Assembly (NCBI GenBank): GCA_965226795.1
Contig: CBDDDZ010000004.1
Location: 827,392-891,391, forward strand
Direction: 5' to 3'
From: Candidatus Latescibacterota bacterium
Lineage (GTDB): Bacteria > Latescibacterota > UBA2968 > GCA-2709665
DNA length: 64,000 bases
Both the position numbers and the translations under genes were made by a program. Below are positions 51,773 to 62,344 of this stretch, piece after piece; within the stretch, counting starts at the first letter, position 1, and each line of letters opens with the position of its first letter. Under the pieces are notes generated by a model, which had not been told where the DNA came from, did no database searches, and saw only the letters and a program-made list of their open reading frames with translations.

Positions 51773-52188
51773 ATCGTCCGGGAATGCTCAGAGTACCGCG
51801 GTAAAGGATTTTGTCGCGTTTCAGGGATCGGCCTGGCACTTGAGGGCGCACTCCTCCGTACGGCTCACGCAGGGAGCGAATCGCGTAGGAGGTCAGGCGG
51901 CGAACTCGAACTGCGGCGGAGGGGGTAGGAGACGATGCAATATTGGCAAAACGGAGGGACCAACTCGTTCTTCCTGAACCATACTTCCAACGGGGCTATG
52001 GGTTGCTATACACCCAGCACATTGAGCAGGCGCACATGGGCTTTGATTTTGATTTCCTTTAGTTATACCTTTACTGTCGAATTATTGAAGGAGAAATGCA
52101 GATGCGAACAGGCGGATATCGAGCGTACGTTGGCGGCCGTCTTGGAGGAGTGGGTGGAGGCAGAGGAAGCCATGGATAATGGAGACCC

Positions 52189-52575
52189 ATGAAACGCAAA
52201 AACATAGCTACCAGCAGCCCGTTTGGCGCGGAGTTTGGTTATTCGCGCGCCGTGCGCGTGGACCGGCACGTCCACGTCGCTGGCACGTGCGCCCAGCCGC
52301 CTGACGACCAGGGCGATGCCTACGAGCAGGCCATGGGCGCATTGCAGATCATCGACAAGGCGCTCGTCAAAACCGGTGCCAACCTCGGCGACGTGGTGCG
52401 AACGGTCGTGTACATCACGGATACGGCTCATGCCGCTGGCGTCACCTGCGCTCACCACGAGGTGTTTGGCGAGATTTTGCCGGCTTCGACCTTGGTCGTC
52501 ATAGCCGCGCTGCTAAAGCCGCATCTGGTCGTCGAGATCGAAGCCTACGCCATTTTGCCCACCGAAAGTGCGTGA
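52189..52575 (+). CDS. RidA/YjgF family protein
   Basis: GYSRAVR, VAGT, DVVRTVVY, PASTLV and VEIEAYA. Confidence 0.9.
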   Translation: MKRKNIATSSPFGAEFGYSRAVRVDRHVHVAGTCAQPPDDQGDAYEQAMGALQIIDKALVKTGANLGDVVRTVVYITDTAHAAGVTCAHHEVFGEILPASTLVVIAALLKPHLVVEIEAYAILPTESA

Positions 52576-53036
52576 ACAAAGACCGCCAAGTCCTGTCTAT
52601 TGGCGTGTTGGGCTGCGGCCCCATCGCCCAATTCGCCCACTTTGAGTCGTGCATCAAGGCCCGCAATATGCGGCTGTACGCGCTGTGCGACCAAGCGCCG
52701 GACTTGGCCGTGCGCATGGACTACCACGAGGGCTTTCACATCTACGGCGAGCACGGCAGCGTCGTCGGCAAAACCTACCTGCCGTGGTTTTTGAAATCCA
52801 GCGATGTCGAGTGCTTCTCCACGCGAGACGGTCAGTACCACCGGCCTTTAGGAGCCGACGCGCATTTCTACCGACTCCAGCTCGAAGGTTTTGCCGATGC
52901 AGTCCTCCACGGCGCGCCCCAAATGGGGGCCGATGTGGAGGATGGAACTCTAGCTATGCGGGCGATGGCCGCCATTGTCCGCTCGGTCGCAAGCGGCGAT
53001 TGGGTCCGCTTCGAGACCGTCACCGGCGGCGTCTAA
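52572..53036 (+). pseudogene. Gfo/Idh/MocA oxidoreductase with a large in-frame internal deletion
   Basis: The Rossmann start IGVLGCGPIAQFAH...ALCD is joined directly to the C-terminal ...QLEGFADAV...DG...AMAAI..S. Only 154 aa. Confidence 0.75.
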
Positions 53037-53048
53037 CACAGGGGATCA

Positions 53049-54593
53049 ATGCCCATGTCCTCGGCTCGCCCTCGCTTATGGCCTCTCCATCTGCTCGGAG
53101 GAGGCGTCGTCCTGGCGCTCCTGTTGATCTGGGTGCCCGAAGCCCCCCATCGCCAGCAACAGGTCATGCGCACCATGGCCACCTTCATTCTCGCGATTTT
53201 CTTTGCTTTGCTCTGGTTGCTCTTCGCGTCGCGGCTGGCCTGGGGATCGCGCCTGCGCTATTTCGGCGGTATCGTCCTCGTCATTGCGCTTGGTATCGGA
53301 TTTTTTCGCGTTAAGGGTATGAGCGGCGACTTCGCACCGATCCTCGAATGGCGTTGGAGTACCAAAGACGAAGCAGGCGCTGTCGAAGGAGGGGACGCCA
53401 CCGCGCTCGACGCCCGCGATTGGCCGCAATTTCTCGGCCCCGAGCGCAACAACCGCCTCCGCGGCGTTCACCTCGAACGCGACTGGGCCAAGCATCCGCC
53501 GCGCGAAATCTGGCGTCGCCCCGTCGGCGCAGCCTGGTCTTCCTTTGCCATTGTCGGCGGCCGGGCCGTAACCCAGGAGCAACACGGCCCCGAGGAGCAG
53601 GTCGTCTGCTACGACTTGGCAACGGGCCGCAAGCTCTGGCAACACGCCGACTCGACTCGCTACGAGACCGCCATTGCCGGCATCGGCCCGCGCGCTACGC
53701 CCACCATCGCTGGAGACCGGGTTTTCACGCTGGGCGCTACTGGCATCCTCAACTGCCTGGATCTGGCCAGCGGGGCGCTGATTTGGTCGCGGGACATTCT
53801 CGCCGACAATCAGGCTAAGGCCCATATATGGGGCATTAGCTGTTCGCCGTTGGTCCTCGACACCTTGGTCGTGGTCAGTGCCGGAGGCCCGGATGAGCGC
53901 TCGCTAGTGGCCTATCACCGCCAAAACGGCGCATTTGTCTGGGGCGGGGGCACAGACAAGGCCGGCTTCAGCTCGCCGCGTCTGGTCACGTTGGCGGGAC
54001 GCGAGCAGATCCTGATCTTCAACAACCACAGCGTTGTCGCGCACGATCCGCAGAGCGGAGCTCCCCTCTGGCGTCAGCCTTGGGATCGGGCCGAATGCAT
54101 TGCCAATCCCCTGCCCTTGCCCGGGGACCGGGTTCTGGTCTCCACCGGCTACGGCATTGGAGCCAGGCTGTATCAAGTGAATGCCGCGCCCAACGGCGAG
54201 TTGACGACCGATATCGTCTGGAAAAGCCCCCGGATCAAGGCCAAATTTTCCAACATGGTCTATCGCGATGGTTTTGTCTATGGCCTCGACGACGGGGTGC
54301 TGGTCTGCCTCGACCCGCAAGACGGCAAGCGTCGCTGGAAGCGCGGGCGTTACGGCCACGGCCAGCTCATCCTGATAGACGATATCCTTCTGATAATGAG
54401 CGAATCGGGTGACGTGTTACTGGTCGAGGCTCGCCCCGACCGCCACGTAGAACTAGCGCGCATGACGGCCTTCGACGGCAAAACCTGGAATCCCCCGGCC
54501 TTTGCCACACCCTATCTGTTAGTGCGCACGGAAAGCGAGGCCGCCTGCTACGAGCTGGCGCTTGCAAACGGTGCTCAGGCGCAGCGCTTCTAA
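53049..54593 (+). CDS. Membrane-anchored PQQ-like beta-propeller (BamB-like) protein
   Basis: Three N-terminal TM segments, WPQFLGPERN, GPRATP, SPLV and TWNPP. Confidence 0.85.
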   Translation: MPMSSARPRLWPLHLLGGGVVLALLLIWVPEAPHRQQQVMRTMATFILAIFFALLWLLFASRLAWGSRLRYFGGIVLVIALGIGFFRVKGMSGDFAPILEWRWSTKDEAGAVEGGDATALDARDWPQFLGPERNNRLRGVHLERDWAKHPPREIWRRPVGAAWSSFAIVGGRAVTQEQHGPEEQVVCYDLATGRKLWQHADSTRYETAIAGIGPRATPTIAGDRVFTLGATGILNCLDLASGALIWSRDILADNQAKAHIWGISCSPLVLDTLVVVSAGGPDERSLVAYHRQNGAFVWGGGTDKAGFSSPRLVTLAGREQILIFNNHSVVAHDPQSGAPLWRQPWDRAECIANPLPLPGDRVLVSTGYGIGARLYQVNAAPNGELTTDIVWKSPRIKAKFSNMVYRDGFVYGLDDGVLVCLDPQDGKRRWKRGRYGHGQLILIDDILLIMSESGDVLLVEARPDRHVELARMTAFDGKTWNPPAFATPYLLVRTESEAACYELALANGAQAQRF

Positions 54594-54665
54594 CAGGGCC
54601 ATGGATTTTCCCGCTACCCCGCCAATCGCGACTCTAATAATCGGGCACTTGTAAGGAGGAAAGTC

Positions 54666-54960
54666 ATGGAAGACTATTCGCACATTCAGAAGCCGGATTT
54701 GGGCTACCGCCATGAGTCCGGCCCGGGTGCTTGGGAGGTGCTCGACTACGAGCCCTTCATGGATATTAACCGGCACCTGATTGCCACCGACGAGTTGACG
54801 ATCCACCGCTCGGCTGCCATCATCCGCCGGACCGGCTCGGCTCCCGTAGGGTGGCACACCGATTGGCGCGGCTATTCGACCGAAATCAAGCACTCGGGCG
54901 ACGTCCTCAATCGTGGACTGTGGCCGTCGGACAAGTGGTTCTACCTGACCGGATCGCGGC
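54666..54960 (+). pseudogene. PhyH-like fragment
   Basis: VGWHTDW...WFYLTGS, truncated. Confidence 0.5.
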
Positions 54961-54982
54961 GACGAAATTACTCATTCGGACC

Positions 54983-55708
54983 TCACTGCGTCAGCGAATT
55001 CAAGTGTTCGAGAATTTCTTCCTGTTCGGCCAAATCAAACTGATTCGAGCCGATGTACATACATCTGATAATGCCGCGTCTATCGATGATGAACGTCGCC
55101 GGACGGGCAATGCTGTTGCTGAGGTTGTGATCCGCGAAACCGATCCACCTGTGCAAAGCAAAGCCGAGTTTGTCGACGATCAACGTCGCGGGGCGGACGA
55201 TGGTGTAAGCGAAGTTGTGCAACGCCAGGCCGAACCAGTGATGTACCCCGTAACTCTTGATGATGCTACAGTCTTCGTCCGCCAAAAGAGGATAGGTGAT
55301 GCCACTGCGTTCGGCGTATTCGCGCAGTTCGCAAAGCTGCTGCCCTGCGGCGATAGCAATAGATGTCGCGTTACGTTCGGCGTAAGCGTCCAGATATTCT
55401 TGCACAATCGCCAACTGGCGACGGCTTCTTCTTCACCAGGTCCCCCGAAAAAACGTCAGAACGACGTGTTCTTTTTCCCGATGCGATGCCAGCGACACGT
55501 ATTGTTTCTGATGCGAGGGGAGGGTAAATAAGGGGGCCGTATCGCCGACGTTGAGGACCCGAAGCTTGTACCGCGCAGTGAACCGCCGGCGCTTCGCCTT
55601 CTCTGACACTTCCGGGTCAGGGCGGGGCGCCTCGGTAGCAGCCCCTTCGCTCCGCTCCGGAACTGCTACCGACACCTGCTCCTGTCGGGCGTTGTCCATA
55701 CTCATCAT
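54983..55708 (-). CDS. AhpC/TSA peroxiredoxin-like putative selenoprotein with an IS3 orfA-derived N-terminus
   Basis: ORFs 55433-55708 and 54983-55414 are in the same frame across TGA: VGDTAPLFTL...VVLTFFRGTW-U-RRSRRQL...YPLLAD...RPATFIIDRRGIIR. Confidence 0.8.
55407..55422 (-). promoter_or_regulatory. Putative bacterial SECIS hairpin
   Basis: GUCGCC-AGUU-GGCGAU starts at the 11th nt after UGA. The copy at 47920-47935 keeps the pairing (GUCGUC-AGUU-GGCGAC). Confidence 0.65.
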
Positions 55709-55786
55709 CTCTTGCTCTCCTCTCCGCCCTCAAGACTACACTAAACTCGGATGGGGAGTTGTCTCACTCTATATTGGCACGTAGGG
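55560..55786 (-). mobile_element. IS3-like left end with truncated orfA
   Basis: Terminal repeat at 55759-55786 and PDPEVSEKAKRRRFTARYKLRVL. Confidence 0.8.
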
Positions 55787-55865
55787 ATATAATATTTACA
55801 TTTGACAAACGATCTCCAAAAGGCTATATCATAAGTAGGAAGTTAGCCAACAAAAGGGATCGGAA

Positions 55866-56486
55866 ATGGAACAGAAAAAGACGACATACAAGCCGATTAA
55901 GGATATGAGTATTTTCCAATTTAGCAAGCGGTTTCCGAATGAAGCTGTTGCCATATCTTATGTCGAAAACCTGCGATGGAAAGATGGGATTTACTGTCCG
56001 CATTGTGGGGTTATCGGCAATGTTCAGAAAACGAAAAACGGCAAGCCGCAACCTTATCGCTGTCGAGAATGCCGCAAGCATTTTTCAGTAAGGACCGGAA
56101 CGATCATGGCGCAGTCCAACCTGCGATTGACAACGTTTCTCAATGCTATCTATCTTATCATCACACATCGCAAGGGTGTGCCGAGCACTATGCTTGCCAG
56201 GGAGTTGGGTGTTACGCAAAAGACAGCATGGCATCTGGCCCACAGAATTCGTAAAGCGTTGGAGATGAAGGGCGGTTTGTTCTCCGGACCGGTAGAGGTT
56301 GACGAAACCTATATTGGCGGCAAGGAACGGAACAAACATTCTTCCAAGAAGTTGCATGCTGGCCGTGGTACTGTTGGCAAGACTGCGGTTGTGGCAGTGC
56401 GAGATCGTGAAGATGGTAAGGTTAAAGCCAGGCTGGTACAGGGAACGGATAAAAGGAAGTGGACCCAATCGTCAAGACCAATTTGA
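55866..56486 (+). pseudogene. IS1595-family transposase, C-terminally truncated
   Basis: Zn ribbon CPHC...CREC, FSVRTGT, HTH LARELGVTQKTAW and VEVDETYIGG; the later catalytic region is missing. Confidence 0.9.
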
Positions 56487-56639
56487 GGCGAATTTAAGGT
56501 GGATATGTTTTTGGTTTTCGATAGGGTTCTTCTTTGCGGCCCGTGCAACCGGCTGAAGAGCAATGTGTATACGCTTTCAGGGTTAAGGCGGGAGAACAAG
56601 AAGCGGAGATATTTGTACAACGGATAAAGGGGGTACAAG

Positions 56640-56846
56640 ATGGGTGCTGTTACCGTTGTGATGGGTTTGATTAATCGAGTAGTAAAAGGGGAGCGTCCTG
56701 AGGTTGTCGTTCGAGAGGCGGAGGAAGATCCCTTTCTGGCCCGATCTCTTCAGATTGATGAGGATATTCGTACCGGGCGGAACCGTCCGTTATCACCGGA
56801 GGAACAGCGCCGGTTTATTGAACGAGTAAGAAGGGGCGGGAAGTGA
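56640..56846 (+). CDS. Small putative antitoxin
   Basis: 68 aa, charged; GTGA overlap with the RelE-like gene. Confidence 0.5.
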   Translation: MGAVTVVMGLINRVVKGERPEVVVREAEEDPFLARSLQIDEDIRTGRNRPLSPEEQRRFIERVRRGGK

Positions 56847-57205
56847 ATGAGGGGCGCGAGAGGCAACGGACCAGAAAAGCAGAGACGCCCGTTGAACAAC
56901 CCAAACCGGAAGCACCACCGGTAGAGCAAGAGGTTATCATCTATCGGCGTGTTTCACGGTTTATAGAGAGGAAATTGCAACCAAAAGTACAGACACGTGC
57001 GCTTGCGGCGATTGATTCTCTCAAAGTCCCCACAAATATACGGGGGTCGGTAAAGATAGAGGGACGACCTGCCAACGATCCCATGTTCAGGATTGATAAA
57101 GATGCTTATAGGATCTTCTGCAAGCGTCTTGAGGGCAAGGTTCATGTGGTAGACATGGAGAATCGGCAAGGTGCTTATGACAAGGGTCGCACGAGGAAAC
57201 GCTGA
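56843..57205 (+). CDS. RelE/ParE-like toxin
   Basis: RALAAIDSL...GSVKIEG...FRIDKDAYRIF...VVDMENRQGAY. Confidence 0.65.
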   Translation: MNEGRERQRTRKAETPVEQPKPEAPPVEQEVIIYRRVSRFIERKLQPKVQTRALAAIDSLKVPTNIRGSVKIEGRPANDPMFRIDKDAYRIFCKRLEGKVHVVDMENRQGAYDKGRTRKR

Positions 57206-57260
57206 TCTCCACAAGATGGGGACAGTGATATTAGATTCCATAGACGTTGCGGGGAAGGCA

Positions 57261-57455
57261 ATGAAAAAGACAGGCAAGCGCAGGGCGGCAACCAAAGGAA
57301 GAATTAAGGTTGCAAAGTCTTCGTACAGTCCCACGAAGGCGGAGACGGAAGAGTTGGTAAAGATTCCAAAGAAGTTGGAAGGTGCGTCTTTTGACGCTTT
57401 TGTGAGTGTTGCGATAAGGCCAGTTGAAGTTGAGGAGTCGGACAAGCCGAAATAA
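57261..57455 (+). CDS. Small hypothetical passenger protein
   Basis: MKKTG...SYSPTKAETEELVKIP...; intact short ORF inside the element. Confidence 0.5.
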   Translation: MKKTGKRRAATKGRIKVAKSSYSPTKAETEELVKIPKKLEGASFDAFVSVAIRPVEVEESDKPK

Positions 57456-57749
57456 TTAGATTTTTCTCGTGTGCAAACTTCACTTCCCGTCGGCTAACAT
57501 TGTATATAGTTCCCATTGTAAAAGGATTTCGGCGCGTTTCAGGCGTCAACCCGATACTCCCGCCACCCGTCTCCCCGGCAGTCCCGCTCCTGCGGAGCGC
57601 AGACGCCCGAACCTGTCCCATTTCCCGCCAGATTCCCCTTGCCTGTGAACGAGAGAACGTCGTATTTTCTTCCTATACGCCAACAATACACCAGGCTTGC
57701 AACGGTTCCGTAGGGTTGCGCCATATCCAGAACATCTAACGGGAGGTAA

Positions 57750-59885
<2,136 letters not shown>

Positions 59886-60046
59886 TCTCAGCGGGTGCTC
59901 GCAACGGCGGCCTTCGAGCATCCGAGATCGGCGCAGATTGAAGGGCGTCAGTCGACAACGTGCCATTGACGTAGAGCAATTCGTCCCGAAGCCGCACTTC
60001 GGCCTGCAGTGCATATTCGATGAAGGTAGTAGAAGAAAGGACCACG

Positions 60047-60520
60047 ATGGCAATCACGCTGGGGGCAGGCGATGTTGCCCCGGATTTCGCGCTCGCCGAC
60101 CAGGACGGCAATATCCATTCGCTGGCCGAATACAGGGGCCGGACGGTCGTCCTCTACTTCTATCCGCGCGACGAGACCCCGGGTTGTACGACTCAGGCCT
60201 GCTCTTTTCGGGATAGTCACGCCGAAATCCTGGCCGAGGGTGCAATCGTGCTCGGTGTTTCGAGAGACGATGCCGATTCGCATCGGGCTTTCCGCGAACG
60301 CCACCGGCTGCCGTTTCCCCTGCTGGTAGATGCCGAAGCCACCATCGCCGAGCGCTATGGCGCCTGGGGCGAGAAAGTCCTCTATGGTCGTCGGTTCCAG
60401 GGAATGACGCGGTCGACTTTCATCATTGGCCCCAATGGAATACTGACCAGGGTTTGGAAACGGGCCAGGCCCGCCGAGCACGGCGCGGCAGTATTAAAAG
60501 CGCTGCGCGAGTCCGGTTAA
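60047..60520 (+). CDS. bcp: Thioredoxin-dependent thiol peroxidase (BCP/PrxQ)
   Basis: YFYPRDETPGCTTQACSFRD and RSTFII. Confidence 0.95.
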   Translation: MAITLGAGDVAPDFALADQDGNIHSLAEYRGRTVVLYFYPRDETPGCTTQACSFRDSHAEILAEGAIVLGVSRDDADSHRAFRERHRLPFPLLVDAEATIAERYGAWGEKVLYGRRFQGMTRSTFIIGPNGILTRVWKRARPAEHGAAVLKALRESG

Positions 60521-60693
60521 ACGGGACAGATATTTCTCCTTGGTCGGCGCCGCGCCGTGCGAGCGCAGATTAACTTGGAAAATGGTCGAAATGAGACTCT
60601 TCATTCTATCGATAATTCGCCAAAATCGAATACCCCTAACCATATACGTCTTCAGTCCGACAAGCTAACTGGCACCGACTTGACACCAGCGAA

Positions 60694-61839
60694 ATGATCG
60701 ACAAAGACTGGGGCAGCGACACTCTAACAAGATTTCGCTATCAGGCAGAAGCGACGCTTCCTTACTGCCTAGCGGTTATGTCCTCCCAGAATGATATTCT
60801 CTCAGTAATTCCGGAATATCTCGAAGACATAGCCCTTAGAACGAACGATGGCTGGCGATTTCTGCAAGTAAAGACGCGAAACCCAGAACGAGGTTTGTGG
60901 ACAGCGTCTGAGCTTTTCACCAAAAACGGAGGCGCTTTACGCTCCCTATATCGCACTTACCTACTCACCATCGGGAAGGACCATCCACTTGAGCTTCTCC
61001 TTGAAGGCGCCGTAAAGCCTAGCGATCCAATATGCATGCTTTACCCTGGGAAAGACCGCTCCCAACTCGAGGACATAGTAGTTGATAAGCTAGGCCCATC
61101 CCGATCATCGGCGAAGGACTTCCTCCGACGCGTAACTCTCAACGAAAGTATGCCCCGTCGATCAGATATGCATGCAACAAATGCCCGGTTGCTGCATGAA
61201 CTCAAACCCTCCCTGACTTATACGGAGCTAGAAGCCGTACATAATTCGATTCTTTTTGAAATCGAACAGGCAATGCGTTGTGATCGACTCAGTGCACTAT
61301 GGCCACGCAGCATTGTTCATCCAAAGGCACGGTCCACAACAACTGAGGATAGACTCCGAGCCAAGACGCTCGACGCCGACCGCCTATCCGCGATAGTCGC
61401 CCCGGTCACGCGTGCGGAACGTCCCCTATTAAAGCGATTCGTGGAATCAGGTAGCCGGTCCGTTACGCCTCTGACTCAGAAGCTCGTCTTGGGTGGAGCT
61501 ACCCCCGCTATTGTTGAGCTGGCACGCAATCTCCAGGCGAACGCACGCCACCAACGTTACGTACGAGCATCTAAGAGCCTTGCAAACGAGGATGCTATCC
61601 TCTCCGACCTGCGCGAGCGACTTCTCACATATGCACTGACGGCGACCGCGTCACAAGACCCAACAAACCGCCCTGCGGTCCGAATCTGGCAGGAATTACT
61701 TGACAAATTCGACAAACATTCGAGACAAATCGATCGAAGTAATCTGGTATGTGCGGATCCGATGCTATTGATGGGCGAAACATGTATCCTTTCTGATGAA
61801 TGCGCGTTTGGTTGGGGGGAGGCGTCCGATGCGGGTTGA
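60694..61839 (+). CDS. Lamassu/ABC-3C effector with a Cap4/DUF4297-like nuclease
   Basis: GSDTLTRFRYQ...EYLEDI...LQVKT, and C-terminal LMGETCILSDECAFGW. Confidence 0.8.
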   Translation: MIDKDWGSDTLTRFRYQAEATLPYCLAVMSSQNDILSVIPEYLEDIALRTNDGWRFLQVKTRNPERGLWTASELFTKNGGALRSLYRTYLLTIGKDHPLELLLEGAVKPSDPICMLYPGKDRSQLEDIVVDKLGPSRSSAKDFLRRVTLNESMPRRSDMHATNARLLHELKPSLTYTELEAVHNSILFEIEQAMRCDRLSALWPRSIVHPKARSTTTEDRLRAKTLDADRLSAIVAPVTRAERPLLKRFVESGSRSVTPLTQKLVLGGATPAIVELARNLQANARHQRYVRASKSLANEDAILSDLRERLLTYALTATASQDPTNRPAVRIWQELLDKFDKHSRQIDRSNLVCADPMLLMGETCILSDECAFGWGEASDAG

Positions 61840-62344
61840 TAGTTTTCAACCATCTCTCGACGGCGAGGCACGGTTATTACTCCTCATTGAGGCGTTCAGC
61901 CGCCGCGAAAACATACTTGAAGGGCGTACCAAGCTAGCGAAGCTCGACTTTTTTCTTCGTTATCCAATTTACTTCGAGCGAGCACTACAGATTAGGCGAC
62001 CAAAACTGGCTATCGTGCAAGAGGTGCATAAGCCTGACGTGGAGTCACGTATGGTACGCTACCGTTATGGTCCTTGGGACCCCTCGTACTTTGCACTACT
62101 AGGCCGATTGATCGGAAAAGGGCTTGTACTGCCTGCCCCTTTTGCACGTGGAATTGGATACCGCACTACAGAAAAAGGCCGCATGATTGCAACGTCTCTG
62201 CAAGAGGAGCCAGCATGGGTCGACGTCGCACAAAGGGTCGAAATTCTTCGTAAGCATTTCAATCTCAGTGGAACGAACCTTAAGAAATTCATCTATGATT
62301 ATTTTCCTGAAATTACGCGCGCGACCTGGGGGCGACCGCTCTGA
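61829..62344 (+). CDS. ABC-3C middle component (winged-helix-like, LmuC position)
   Basis: RLLLLI...GRTKLAKLDFFLRYP...MVRYRYGPWD...LIGKGLV; overlaps both neighbours. Confidence 0.75.
   Translation: MRVDSFQPSLDGEARLLLLIEAFSRRENILEGRTKLAKLDFFLRYPIYFERALQIRRPKLAIVQEVHKPDVESRMVRYRYGPWDPSYFALLGRLIGKGLVLPAPFARGIGYRTTEKGRMIATSLQEEPAWVDVAQRVEILRKHFNLSGTNLKKFIYDYFPEITRATWGRPL

Larger units (their letters stand above)
55784..57514 (+). mobile_element. IS1595-family element with passenger genes
   Basis: Transposase fragment plus small lower-GC ORFs. The right end TGTATATAGTTCCC is clear; the left end GGGATATAATATTTACA matches only loosely. Confidence 0.55.

Noticed and set aside
47300-55000. Classical integron cassette array
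   Set aside because: There is no intI and no convincing attC sites (RYYYAAC...GTTRRRY with internal dyad), and gene orientations are mixed.
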